A stretch of DNA of 64,000 bases, taken from Thalia democratica (Eukaryota). The position numbers were made by a program, and so were the translations under genes. The stretch's first letter is position 1; each line of letters opens with the position of its first letter. Below the pieces are notes generated by a model. That model did no database searches. It was not told where the DNA came from and saw only the letters and a program-made list of their open reading frames with translations. This document shows, piece after piece, positions 22,201 through 35,000 of this stretch. The stretch is taken from assembly GCA_965202585.1 (NCBI GenBank), contig OZ241834.1:32426001-32490000 (forward strand), in the 5' to 3' direction.

Positions 22201-25200
22201 AACTTGATTGTGATGTACAGCTGCTAAAAGGCCCAGCAACTTTTGATGAATTGCAGTATAATTTTCAACAAGTTTACAGCAATCACTTTACTGCTCTTGC
22301 GTGGCTATAAAGCACGTCAAGGTAAAAGCTTTACAACTTTCTACGCTCAAATTTCTGGTAAAGTTCAAAAATAAACAGCGTCTCTGCTGCTAGCGTAAGC
22401 GCATCAGTCTAACACGAATTGATTGCAGCGAAATCGACCAATCAAACAACGGGAAAAAGTTGGATTGTTGACAAGGAGCGTTGAAGCCTGTAGAGCCGAT
22501 ATAGCGCACACACAGTGTTGGCTTGTGTTTATGTGATCATCCGAACGAGTGGGCTTACAGCGGCTTACTAATTATCAGAAAATTAACGGTCAAGTAGGTT
22601 TCTAGCACAACTTTGCGCACTTGCTGTTGTTTTTGTAAGTTACTTTTTCTTCAGTGCACGAAATTTTTTTTAGACTTTAAAAAAAGTGTTTCCATTCGCT
22701 CACAGTGTCAAACAGATAAAAAGAAACAGCTCAAAGAGGCTTACTGGTCATTACTAATCTCCACTGCACGGTCATCCAAGTTGAAATGACACAAGCGAGC
22801 AATTGCACAATCATAAACAAAAAGTCATCAACCTGCTATTTCGCTCAAGTCGATTATGACGTCACAGAGGCTCATTAAAGTTCGTGGGAAGATTTAAAGT
22901 GGCTGCCGAGTTTAGTCATCAACAAGTTTTTGTTATTGAAAGTGTTGAACCACGTGATGCAAAGAGGTGTTGTTGCTGAAGAATCGTAAACTTGTTTAAA
23001 GTTTCTCAATACTAAGCTGGTTGTTTGTAAACTTTGTTTAATTTTTTTACATGTGAGTATTACACTATGACTTAATTATAACTTTCTAGGTTTTCTCAAA
23101 ACTAAACTAGTTGTTTTTAAACTTTAAAAAAATAAATTTAACAATATGACTTAATTATAACTTATTTTAACTTTCCCAAAACATTACTAGTTGTTTATAA
23201 GTTTTGTTTTGCTTCAAATACCTTTAATATTAGTCAATACAGCTTTCTTTAAAACTAAGTCACAAACAATAAAAACGATTTTCTAAAATTTTAAGTAGTT
23301 CTAGTATAAATTTTTAGTTAAGTTGTAATAAACACAGACCATTGGTAACTTTTTTATAGATCATTAGATTACTTAAAGTTAAAGAAAACTTTGTAAAAAT
23401 GAAACAAAATGATAATGTACACCAAAAATGTTTAACTTTACAAGAGCTTGCAAATAATGACTTGAATTATACAGTTACATAAAGTATAACTATCTCAAGT
23501 AATAAGTAGCACAAGAAAGCGATCTAATTTAAGCTGATTAAGACTTTCCTAACAACAAATACACATTAAGCTGAAATAAACCTTTTTTTAATACTATAAC
23601 ATAAAATTACTTTTTCTAACTACACAATAAGAAAAACTTTGTTCATAAAAGTTTAATCAAAAACCTTTAATCCTTTTAAAAGCTGTATAGTAAAATATTT
23701 TTTCAAAGTTTATTTTTAAACAAAGTTTTACAAACTCAGTTTACTTCTGGGCATGTATTTGTACTAATTTGTAAACAAAGTAAGATCGTGATTGTGATCT
23801 TATCTAAAAATAACCTCTTGTTTTTTGTTTTTGAAAGTACCCTAATCAGTGTTATTGTTGAAAAAGATAAACAAAATATAAAAACAAAAAATTAAACAAA
23901 ATAACAGACGAATTTCAACTCCTATACTTTAATTAATAGAACGTGTATAACTAATTAAAAGCATCTTATTACATTGTATTAGACTTATTATGTTGATTAG
24001 GTTTAATTAATTGCATATATCACTATTGTCAACTATTGGCTTGCATTCATAAAAATAACAAAAAATTAAAACAATACTAAAACAAAACTGATACTTTAAG
24101 AACAACTGTCTTTTTAAGCACAAAAATAAAGCAACTGTAAAAAATTCAAACTAGCAACTTCTAGCAACAACAAAACTGCTTGAAAAATTCCAGCTTCAAA
24201 GAAAAGCTTGAAATTCAAACTTGAAGTTTGGAGTTGAGCAGACTTCCAACTGTGAAATCTATCAAAACAAATTCCGAATGGCAGCCTACCACACTGTCAA
24301 TTCCACTGTCAAATACGCGACACACGAAAAACTTTTTCTATTTTTCTGATTGCTCACTTGCTATAGGCTTTAAATTACGTTTACATGTAATTTTGAGTGG
24401 CTTTCTAGATTTGTTAGTTTCGCTTCGCACACGAAATAATATGTAGTTTTAAGCCTTTTACGGACGAAGAAAACATTATTTCTTTTGTGACTCAAGTACT
24501 TTTTTTGTATAAAAACCACAAAACGACAACAAGCAAAATGAACAGAAAGATTAAATCAGGCCAACAAAGAAAATGAAACTACATTAAAAGTCTTACACAA
24601 AAAAATTATGCCGTAAATAAAAGCAAAATAAAAACGCTCCATTGTAAAGGAAAATTTCCTGCTAATAGCCGTCGCAACAAGATCTTTTAAAGCCAGTACG
24701 GAGGTTTCAAAATACTCGAGATACATTACAACTTCATTGAAGTGGTGTTTTGTTCCTTGTTAAACGAAAGTTAAACAATGGGCCTTTAGGTTTTGTACTC
24801 ATTTTAAAACAATGTTGTGCTTTTTTACTTTTTGCAGAGGCTTAGTTAACAAATTTAAAGTCTATTTTTAGTATCAGGTGTCATATTTAAAAACCAATTT
24901 GCTTAAAACTTTTTAAACTATCAAAGTTAAATAAACCAATTGTTTGTAACTTAATTACTTTTTGTAGCTTGATAAAGCAAAGTATGTTTGGAAATTTTAT
25001 GGAAAAAAGTGTTGATTGAATAATTAATTTAGGCTTCCGATGTAAATTATGATACATCCTTTCAATGTTCACAATAATGGGCGCAACATTATTTCTTATA
25101 AATTATATTTTGATTAAAAACAATATGAAAAACTGTAAACAAACAAAGGAAGTGCTCAAATTAAAAAAAAGTGATTAAATTCTATTTTGCTTTGAATAAA

Positions 25201-28200
25201 CACTGAATACACAAACTACCACCACAACAAGCCACTCGATTTAAACTTTTTAATCTCAACTTGCAATCGAATTAGCAGCGAGATTAGAGTCTGCGCTAAT
25301 TAGCCTAGCTTCCTACACAAAACAGATAAGAAGCAAACGAAGTGTCTGGTTGCATTTATTTATAAACACTCACACTTCAGGGGAGTTCTAGCAATTGTTT
25401 GCGTTTTCTCCACACTTTTTATTGGCCTTTTTGTCTTTCGCCACCACCCCTTTGAAGTGCCTTGATCTTGACTTAGAAGCTCAAAAGGAATGGTTTGGGA
25501 ATTATTAAATTACTCTCGGTCAATATTTTCCGCCTGTTATTGAGATATATTGTTTCAAAAAATAAAAACATTTAGTAACGACCTCACTTTTGCACAGTGG
25601 CAATTTGAAATTTTCTAGACGTTCTCAAACCGCTATGCAATTACACCGATACTTGTTTACTCTCGCGTCTGGCTTCTTGTTTTCCGCACAAGAAATTTTC
25701 ATGACGTCATATTAAAACTTCTGACACGTCACAATCGAGATGACCTCGCGCGCGCCGCGATGCTGGTGAGGAGAAAATCAGTTGAGACGCGCCGACGTCA
25801 AAGCTGGCTTTTGTTGGGCAAAACGGCGGAAAATTCACTAAAAACTCTCCCATGGATATACCTTCAATTTTTTTTTTAAAGTTTTGTTTGAATAATCATC
25901 CACTCACTGTTTGATATACTTCAGCGGTTTGTGCGAAAAATTTAAAACATTTCGATTCTCTTTCTATTTACATTTGAAAATAGTTTTAAATCTGGGAAAT
26001 ATTTTTCGGACTCGAGAATCACTCCGCACCATTAAGTAATTATAAATCGGCCCTTTTCGAAAACTCACATTTTTGTCAACACTATCATGTTCAAAGGAAT
26101 TCCTGGTATAATTGTCCGGCGAGTAATTTCTCCGTATTTGCTCTGATCGTAAACACTCGTAAGAATTTTTACGGCTTTTTTACTTTTATTTTATACCTTT
26201 TATATTTAGGTTTATTCTCGTTCTGAACAAATTTGTTTGCTCACCGGGATCGAGTTACGTCTCGTTTGTTCCTGTGAAAATAAAAACGTTGATGTTTCAC
26301 AGGTGTTTTAGGTGTTTGGTTAACTTCTGCGTGACCCGTTGAAACCTCCGCTACCAAGTTTTAGTTCTCACGAAGCTTTAAAGTTTTATTGTGATTTATT
26401 ACATGCTTTTTGTGAGCAAGAGAATAATTCATAAGTGCAGATTTCGTTGGCAGATAAAGGTTTCCTTCTGAATTAAATATTCATGACGAAACGATTTCCA
26501 AAGAATTCAACAAATTGCTATTTATAGACGTATGATGTTTACCTAAAACGCTGCTTTTTTAAAAAGTACTTGTGAAATCAAAACATGTTTAACTTACGAA
26601 CTATCTAAATATTTCGCGATACTTGAACTGACAACCGCTGGCGTTATCAACATTGCAAAAATGAGTATTATGCAACGCAGGAGAATGTGCTCGAAGCACT
26701 ACAAACACACTATAACAGGCCGTTGTGACGTAACAATTGCATGGATGATATTTCTGCAAATTTGTTTATTCAACAACCACTTAAAACTTCAAATGATTTA
26801 TTAGAATTTTTTTTTATGAAATACTGGTTATCTAATCAAAAAAATAAAATAAACAGCACTTCTACTTGTGATGAAATAATTCATTCTTATGCTGAAAGAG
26901 TAAAAAAATATATAATAATTTTTTTTTAGAAAGTAATTACAAAAACTATATATGACAAATTGCCAGCTCTACTGAGTTTTATTATTTAAAATTTTTATTT
27001 TTATATAATTAACCACTTTTGACAAATTGCAGCCAACTCAGTGCAGATTATTGTTTTGAAACAAGAAAACAAAAACACTTTTATTCTCAACTCTGTTTTG
27101 GCAAACTGCAACATGCTTGTTCGTTCTGATAACAGCTTCCCTTCTACGTACCTCTCACAAACACGCAAACTTGTGTGACATCTCAAACTCGTGTGTGTTT
27201 TGCGCTTCAATGTTGTCTTTAGATTTCCGATAAAACGCTTCGCCCGTTATTCGAATAAAAACGCGAGCTCTTGTAAAGCTGAGAGCTGATAAAACACCTT
27301 GAAAAGCAGACGATTTTTTTTCGCAACAAGTTACCGTTTTTTTAATAATGCGTCTTTTGTTATCTTAAGTACAAGTTTTGGTTACCGCACTGTAGGTAGC
27401 GGTTCGCGCTCACAAGAGCTTCTTTATGCTATCAACTTGTTTTTTTATTGCAACCGCAGTACAAATGTTTGGTTAAAAAGGAAATTGATTAATTTGTTAT
27501 ATTTGCTACCAATTTTCAGTACATATATAGAAGTTGTAAAACGAGTGTTAAATTTGGACTTGTAAAGCTTTTTTATGGTGTGTTATTTAAAGCACACTCC
27601 TGACTTTTAAAACTAAAAAAAATAAACTTTTCTAATATTTGGACCTTTATAATTAGTTGGTATTAAATTTGCAACTAAAAAACAGTTAATTACGTTTAAA
27701 AACTATGTTGGTAAAGTTTAGTTTAAGAAAATGTTTATAGATTTTTTTAACTTATACTTTTCTATTTATCTTAAAAATTGCCTCGTTTACAATTTCACAA
27801 TTTTTTTTTTCTAGAAAAGTTTCAAAGTCTAAACAAAACTTTATTATCTGAAAAGCCATTAAAATTTTGGGAATAAAGTACAGTGACCTCTCGCATTTTT
27901 ACGCACTCGTGACGTTACGCACTCTCGTTTAGTTACGCATTTTAGAATTCTAAAAAATTCCAAATTTTTTTTTTCTTTTAATATTGCAAAAACTAGGTTT
28001 ATAGTATATTTTTAATTTAAAATATGTTTTTAAATTTTAACTCATCTCTGTATATCTCTAGACAAAAAAAAAATTGAAGAAACATAAATAATTTTTATTA
28101 AACATTTTTCATATATTTTATATACTTTTGTTCCAAAGTAGAAATTCATTACAGCACCACATGAATATTTTTGTAAAAGGCTATAAAAACAAATTTTAGT

Positions 28201-31200
28201 ATAGACACCACACTATTTCTTAATTGTAAACAAATGCTTAATTACGAATTGAATTTGCTTAGTAGAATAGAGTATAAATGTTAAGTATCAAATAAGTCAC
28301 ATATAAATAAAGATAAAATCTACTTATTATTAAAATTAGTAAAATTTTTCTACAAGTGTTATTATTTTATATAAATTTAAAAGTATTTATTTTAGTATTA
28401 ATATTTTAAAAGTGGGAAAGTCTCAAGTTGCTATTAACTAGATACAACATCAAAAAAAAACAGCCATTATAGTAAGCATATTTGGAACCTCTCGTATCTT
28501 TACGATCTCTCATATCTTTACGCATTTTTTCAGTGGACACAATGTGCGTGAATAAGCGAGAGGTTACTGTACATATTCATTTACCTTATGCAGCCTAATA
28601 CTAATATTTGTTTAATTATTTATCTAACTAATTACGCGACTGACAACTAAACAAACTGTTTATTTACAAAAAAAAAAAAAACGAAATGACTGAAAACTGG
28701 GAGAGCTTTTATTTCTGTAAACAAACAAACTCTCAAAAAATAAAAACAATAATAAATAAATACACAAACTGTATTTTCCAATCAAACCACTGACTGTTTG
28801 CTTCTGCAAAACATCCCAAAGTAGTAAAGAAGTAAAGCCTTGCAAGCTATATGTGTTTCAGTGCAAAAAAAAGTTCGAAAAAAGCGCGCTCTCTCTGTTT
28901 TCTCGATTGCGATGTTTGTGACGTCACAACGACGATGCTTCAGGTGTACTTGGAGCGATTTCGGTAATCCGTTCATTCAAACACTAGAAAGATTCGATTC
29001 GCCGTGATACGATTTGAAATTTTTTTCTCTGTGTTTTGGCTTGAGTTTTTTCTTTGTTCAAAATGTTTGAGATTTAATCTCTCTTTTTCAAATGTTTTTT
29101 TAAAGCTTACTTATCATTTTCGTGAAAACTGGTATGCCTGTTATGTTCGAGTGGATCTTTTATAGCACATTAGTTTTGAAAAAACTTGATAATTTATAAT
29201 TAAACTAAGTTTTAAAGTTTTCTATAATTTTTTTTGTGAAACTGTTAATTGTATTTAGATAAAAGTTGCAGCAAAAATAAACAGTATATAGATCGATTTA
29301 AACAAAAACTTTAATTTTTTTTTTGTATTTTTTAGGTTTTTTTGTTAAAAACGCTAAAATAAGTCAAACTTCTTAGTTTTTATTATTTTATAAAACTAAT
29401 TTTGCAACCAGTAACGCTTTATTTAGCGTAAATAATAAAGTTTTGTAAACACAGTTCAACCTCACTATTCAAAACTGTATTTTCGCACAAAGCACAGTTT
29501 TAATAATCGAATTAGCTTTTATTTTTAGTTAACTTAACGTGAAAATTAGCTGATTAGAAACAATTTTGTAAACACAACTTATGTTTTGTGAACTCAAGGC
29601 AATACATAGCAATACATAGAAACACTTAGTTGTTATTTAAATGTTTGTAAATATTGAAGCTATTTTACTTAAAACTTCGAACACCATATAAAAATTATTA
29701 AGAAAGCTATAACTACTTAACCAAAATATTTATCAGCCATTACTTTTTTTTTCAATTTAAAGTAATTTGTGCATATACTATTTTCAACAGTATATACTAA
29801 TATTTAATCTTTCTGTAATGAAAAAATATTCACTGAACATAGAAAATAAGTTATAAAATACTAATCCTACAGACACAAAACTTATAACTATTATTTGCAT
29901 AAGGCTAGATGTCGCTTTTTTATTTTTACAGTAAATATGTTTGCATTGTAAAAAGTTAAGTGAAACAAAATACTATGCATATAAAACCAAGCCCGCAATC
30001 AAATCATGTTTGATAAAAAATTGTTCTCAAATTTCATAAATTGGACATGACCGCTTTGACTTTTATGTAATTAAAATTTTCAACTTGACATGAAAATCAA
30101 AAACATGCAAGTTTTGTTTTACATTTTGTTTGCAGATATTTTTAAGCTTGTTGTTCTGCATTACGATTTTTTAATTGTTTGAAGTTTTTGAATTGAAGAT
30201 TTTTTTTTTAAATACAAGTCTCGCATAAAATTTGTTTAAACGAATATTTTAAAATACGCACTGAAGTAAGTAAGTTAGTTTTACTTATTACTTATTTGAT
30301 TTTTGAAAGCAGTATAACAAACTTGTTTTATATACTTTGAAATAGTATACTTGTAACAGTATATAAAAAACTAACAAAGTGTTACTAGATTATTTATCTT
30401 TAAAACAATTAAAACATTAAATTTGACATTCATTGTTTTTCAGTAAAAAATATTTTAAAAGTATGCTTTTAAGTTTTGTATAAAAATGTTAAACTGCGTA
30501 AAGTGTTGTAATTTTTTTAAGTTATTCGTACTATTTCAAACCAAGCTAAATAAAAGTAACAGCGCTGTATATTTTAGTATATTTTGTGCTATCAAAAGTA
30601 GTACTTCTCAAAAGTTTTTCATGTCATATTTTTACTCATCAAGTATGCACACTTGTTTTACAAAGTTTCTTTTATTTTAAATTTTATCTAAGTTGCTTTT
30701 TATATCTTATTTTATGAACCATATTAAATAAGTTATTTTCTGATTTTTTTTTTGTCAAACTTCAAACCGACAAAACGGAACGTCGTGGAAATTCAGCAAA
30801 CCTTTTGAAAGGTGTAGAAACTTTTATATTGAATTTACAAACATTTAATTTCAGTATTCTATGTAAAGTTATAAACTTCAAACTTTTTCTAATCAACTAT
30901 CAACAAACTTCAAACGTACGTAACGGAGCTTTAAAACTACTAAACTTTGTTATTCTAAATACAGATATTGTTATTATTACTTTCTTCTAATCAACAAACT
31001 CCAAACGAACCCAACGGTGCCTCGTGGCTTCTGCTCCTCGTTCTCACGATCGGGAGTGACGCTCTGGAGGAGCAGCTCCTCGACAAGGACCGCTCGCAAG
31101 ACGAGAGGGGACGATCCGAGTACAATGAGGCCTGGTGGTCCGAGTAGGTTGACGGGGAGCACGGGTGGTCCGACATGTACCCGCAAGTGGAAGCCAACGA

Positions 31201-32109
31201 GGCCCTCTGGTGGTTGCTGGGTGATCCGTAATTGTTGCCCTTTGAGTAAAATTAGGATTTAGCGAGTAAGAATTATTGATAGCAATAAGAGTTTTACTTT
31301 AATAATTTTAGTTTGTTCAATAGTGTTGTTTAAAGGATGGTAGATAGTTGTAAAACAAATTATGATTAAGCAGTTTTTGCAGTTAAAAAAATTAAACCAA
31401 AACTTTATTCTAAAAATCAACGAGCTCAATTTTTCATGTTTAATTTGCTTTTACGATTGTTTGTTTAATCTCTTTGATAAGCACAGTTATGTATAGTAAT
31501 TGCAGAATAGAAGTATAACCATTTTAACAAAAAAAAAATCAATATTTTGTTCACAATTTTGTCAGATGTCAAAATGTACTTGAACTTGTGACAATCTACG
31601 CAGCAAATTGCTAGTACAGAAAATTACCTAACATGAAAACGACAATAAGAAAAGTTATTAACAATTTGCAGCAGCGGTCAAGTGCAATTGTCAATAATTG
31701 GCCACTCTGCGACTATTATTTCGGCACAAAAAAAAAGTTCTAAGAAAAGCTACTTCAAAAACGAAAAAACTTCAAAGCTAAAAATAACAACACAATTCGG
31801 CCTCTTAGTTAGCAGTGTGCTCGTAGCACAACAATAAACACAAAACCTTTCAATTTAGAACAGAAAGGAAATAATAAATTTCACAACCTGCTCCTTTCTA
31901 TTGTGGTCCTTTCCACCAGGGTAGCCTTCAATGGCGGGGTTCTTTTGTTGGTACTTGACTTGCACGTAATTAATGAACATCTTCCGTTTCCTTTCAGCTT
32001 CATGTGACGTCATAACGCCCCTCTGCTGACGCTTGTGGTGTTTTCTGTGTCCGTTGGGTGTCGCAAGCGAGCACGTGTTGGCGTCTTGTGTGTAAGAAAA
32101 TCTCTTCAT
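7264..32109 (-). CDS. SRCIN1: SRCIN1/KIAA1217 (p140Cap / sickle tail) family AIP3-domain coiled-coil protein, ~1494 aa; join(complement 31888-32109, 31011-31239, 20810-21008, 17597-19261, 16803-17286, 16533-16658, 15751-15882, 14658-14881, 13407-13486, 12248-12407, 10305-10464, 9582-9650, 8418-8553, 7791-8246, 7357-7481, 7264-7281)
   Basis: All junctions are GT..AG with consistent phases (total 4485 nt). Family motifs appear in order: EAERKRKMFINYVQVKY; RASLPIVR..PLGVVHLEY..LPNELTSLDTIRALFVQSY..LTMPML; GFPSL..EPIRLEKQLKRCQQLTATLFTLKKLAAVQEAR; HDKRMESIQA; ERRQQELL. These match KIAA1217/SRCIN1 motifs as recalled. The start ATG (32109) and the last exon (LLSVE*) are less certain than the core. 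Confidence 0.88.
9582..9650 (-). CDS. SRCIN1: 69-nt phase 0-0 exon AVEYRWLRRRRFVREYYIKKFIK of the SRCIN1-like gene
   Basis: Acceptor aattacag, donor aag|gttcat; continues the coiled coil after HDKRMESIQ and keeps the frame into exon 8418-8553. Confidence 0.6.
12111..12261. repeat. ~45-49-bp degenerate tandem repeat containing the exon end and donor
   Basis: aactttttcag(t/c)gtgaa at 12151, 12196 and 12245, with a partial copy at 12111. Confidence 0.8.
12248..12407 (-). CDS. SRCIN1: SRCIN1/KIAA1217-like conserved coiled-coil exon (not in ORF track)
   Basis: YGFPSLSNEIKSVAMSESEVIRSEFDFVENEPIRLEKQLKRCQQLTATLFTLKK; tttttcaacag acceptor, gtttga donor. Confidence 0.9.
13161..13413. repeat. ~31-bp minisatellite, about 8 degenerate units, overlapping a splice donor
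   Basis: ttcattaaat(g/a)aaatgtaaat(c/a)tacaaacaa at 13164, 13195 and onward; the last unit is the exon/intron junction at 13406/13407. Confidence 0.88.
16342..16473. repeat. 48-bp tandem repeat, ~2.7 copies, intronic
   Basis: ctattgttgt..aaaaagaactg.tttaaagta at 16342, 16390 and 16438. Confidence 0.88.
17597..19261 (-). CDS. SRCIN1: SRCIN1/KIAA1217-like exon 4, 1665-nt K/S/P-rich low-complexity linker
   Basis: Lies within ORF 17536..19242; acceptor tttttacag at 19262, donor gttggt at 17596; in phase with both neighbouring exons. Confidence 0.9.
20810..21008 (-). CDS. SRCIN1: SRCIN1/KIAA1217-like exon 3, N-terminal AIP3-type module
   Basis: GVVHLEYLDQLKAALLPNELTSLDTIRALFVQSYQGLLTMPMLEPQRHSILLKN; acceptor aatcag, donor gttagt. 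Confidence 0.92.
26245..26271 (-). other. Candidate 27-nt microexon (probably 5'-UTR of an internal-promoter isoform)
   Basis: tttttattttcacag|gaacaaacgagacgtaactcgatcccg|gtgagc has near-consensus sites on both sides, inside the 10-kb intron. Confidence 0.45.
27881..28569. mobile_element. Tc1/mariner-pogo-type MITE, 689 bp, TA target duplication
   Basis: Left TA|cagtgacctctcgcatttttacgcac; right end reverse-complemented TA|cagtaacctctcgcttattcacgcac; subterminal repeats at 28487-28523; no transposase ORF. Confidence 0.85.
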
Positions 32110-34722
32110 TTGCTTCTGAAAATTAAAAACTTGATTTTGTTTATTTTATTTTCCGGAAATTTGAAAATAGTTAAAAATACCTGTAAATACATGTATCTTA
32201 CACTTAATAAAAATGTAAATGAAGTCCTTAAAATTTATTTCTAAATATAATGCGTCAATTTTTTAAAAACTTTATTAGCTTTTTTACATACTTTTTCTAT
32301 ATTTTATTAAACTTCATATACTTTTAATTCCCTACAGGCTTTATTATATACATCGTGAAGAACAGTTGCCATCTTTTTCAGACACAGGTTTAAATCGGCT
32401 TACTGAAATCCTCATTTTTTTAAGAAATAGTAATCAATTACGCAAACCACCAGTAAGGCTTAAAAAAAGTCATTTTAAAAAGTAAATGAAGTGTAACACT
32501 ACCTCAGAGTTGAAAGAAGATTTGTAATCTTCATCACAGCTCGGCAGTATTTGCGAATTGTGAAGGTAGTTTTTTCCCATGACTATTTTTTTTAATTACA
32601 TCTAAATAAATAGAGTAACTAGTAAGAGGTTGTTGTTACAACTAATTAAGTTGCTGTAAAACTGATTAAGTCTATTTTTACTTAGGTAGTAAAAGTTTAT
32701 TGGTCGTTATCTAAAACAATAAGTTGTAAAACTTTAAACTGGCACTTAAAATTATGTTAAAGTTTATTTTCGAATTAAATATCTTTTAGTTTTATTTTTA
32801 GTTTAAGTATAAAAGTCTAATGTAGTTCAAATTTAAGTTAATGATTAAAAACATTATTATAACAAAACCTAATATCGCACAAAACAAACAATAAAAAACA
32901 AATAACTTAATTACATTAGTTTATCCTAAAAAGTTTTCAACTTTTTTTTTTGTTTTTAGGAGTTATAAAACATAAATAAACAAATCTTGCTAGTATAAAG
33001 CATGTTTTGCATCAACTTTATATTGATTATCTTTTTATTCACTCCCAATCTTTTATAATCGAGTTTAGTTTTAAGTCATTGATTGCATAAATTGTTTACA
33101 TTAAATGCATATTTAATAAAACAAGTCACTGAACTTAAAAAATACAATATAAAGGCAGAATTTAAAATATTGTCTTTTTAATACACTCTGTAACATTGGA
33201 AACCTTTTTTGTAAAACTGTAAAGTTTTTTAATTTTACTTTATTACTTTGCTTAAACTTAGTGAAATACGCTCAGTCTATCAAAAGAAAAATAAGTAAAC
33301 TGCACAGATTAAAAAAAAATTGGCTTTAAATCTACCTAGCTAACCCCAAGTACTAATAAAAAAAACTTAATTACAAAATGACCAACTCGTAATCCGCCCT
33401 CGAAAAACCTTTGTGACACAAAAATGTTTCAAGAGAAACGCAAACACTACTCAACAAACTGATCAAACAAAAGGGCACACCGTCACAAGAGTAGCTGATG
33501 GCCAACTATGACTAACGACAAGTCTGCTTCGTGAACCCAAAGAAAACATTTCAGCTGTTTTTCTAACTAACATAATTGTGAACTTGTCAAAACAACTGGT
33601 AAGTTTGTGAAAACAAGATGAAACAGCTATGTAAATGTTTAAGATATTTAAGACTATTGAAATTATTTATTTAATTGTACGTGTTTTTCTAACTTTAGCT
33701 TTTATTTTTTTTAAACCAAAGCTTACACTGTCATAAAGAAATAAGTTCTAAGTATTTTTTGACAATTTTCTTATTACTTTTTTAGTTATACAAACAGTCA
33801 AAACATAAAAAAAAATGTTATTAAAAGATATGTAACTAAGCACTAAACTAAACATTAGTTAAAAGAAAACAAACTAATATTTTTTTATCATAACAGGAGG
33901 ATGAGAAACTTACTGATAAATTTTATCTTATAAAGCTTTAATTTTAGTTTATTAAAGTTTATACACTAAAAACTAAGTTTTTTAAATAAATTATCGCTAG
34001 CTCTTCTAAGTAAGTTTCTAAACAAAACAAAAAGAACTTATACCTGAATTTTTAAAGAAATTTTCTAAATTAATATTGTATAACTATCAAGAATTATGTG
34101 AAAAAATTAGACACGTTAATTACGAAGCTTGTTCAAAACACAAAGAATATATGTATATAAAAATATGTATTTTTCACTTTTACACAAATTCCTTATACCT
34201 TATACAAGATAATAAATTTTGGATTATTTAATCTCTTTGTTAGTATGTTAAAGGTCACTTTTTTCTAAACTAATGCACTGTTTTTGCTTTTTGATTTTTT
34301 AAGTTTGTTTTTCAAAACTTTGTTCAAAATAGAGCAAGTTAAAATGCAATAAAATATTTAAGAAATAAAAAAGAAAATCAACAGCTAAAACTTAGTTAAA
34401 ATACTATTATGAGAAAAACTAAAAGTTACTACTGATGTTTTTTCTAACTACAAGTTTTAAATTCTAAAAGTTAAATGAGATCTAAAAATAAGTTAAATTA
34501 CTGATTCAACAAAAAAAAATTCTTGATATAAAGTTTAAAGCATATCTAGGTAATACAGTTTTGAAATAAATTAAAGTGAAACAGCTAAAACTAAAGCGAA
34601 AAAGTTTCTATCAAAAATACTACCTTAAAAAGTCACACAGAAACTTATATTTCACGTAACTTAACGCTGGAAATTTGACTGCTACAGTCTGAAATACAAT
34701 CCTGAAAGTAATCTGATTTTAC

Positions 34723-35000
34723 CGATTCAATAAACAACGTTACTTCCGACGCTACGAAAACAAAAGAATCGCCGCACAAAAAGTTTGTAAGTCGCCGAAA
34801 CAAAAACAAAATTTTCTCTCGTTTTGAAAGCCGTCACGCTTCGGTGGTTACCAGCAGCAACTGCTGTAAACTTTTTGCCGATTTTTTTTTCAAATTTTGT
34901 TTGCTTTGTTTTTTTAACCATGCCGCCAAAATCAGACTTTTTGTAAAAGGTGCGTGATGTTACAAAGACTTTCCGGTTTTTTCAGCGTGATATCTAACGC
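34723..35000 (-). promoter_or_regulatory. Candidate promoter / non-coding first exon of the SRCIN1-like gene
   Basis: CpG-richer island ending in a donor tcg|gtaaaa at 34722, upstream of the acceptor at 32116; the left boundary is supported, the right boundary is approximate. Confidence 0.3.

Noticed and set aside
21009-31010. Short ORFs of 60-90 aa in the large intron, and similar ones at 35-40 kb and 55-64 kb
   Set aside because: They are AT-rich, F/L/K/I-biased, lack splice-phase support and show no recognisable homology.
34727-34921. 64-aa minus-strand ORF as first coding exon of the SRCIN1-like gene
   Set aside because: It ends in a stop just before the candidate donor and shows no family similarity; at most a uORF.
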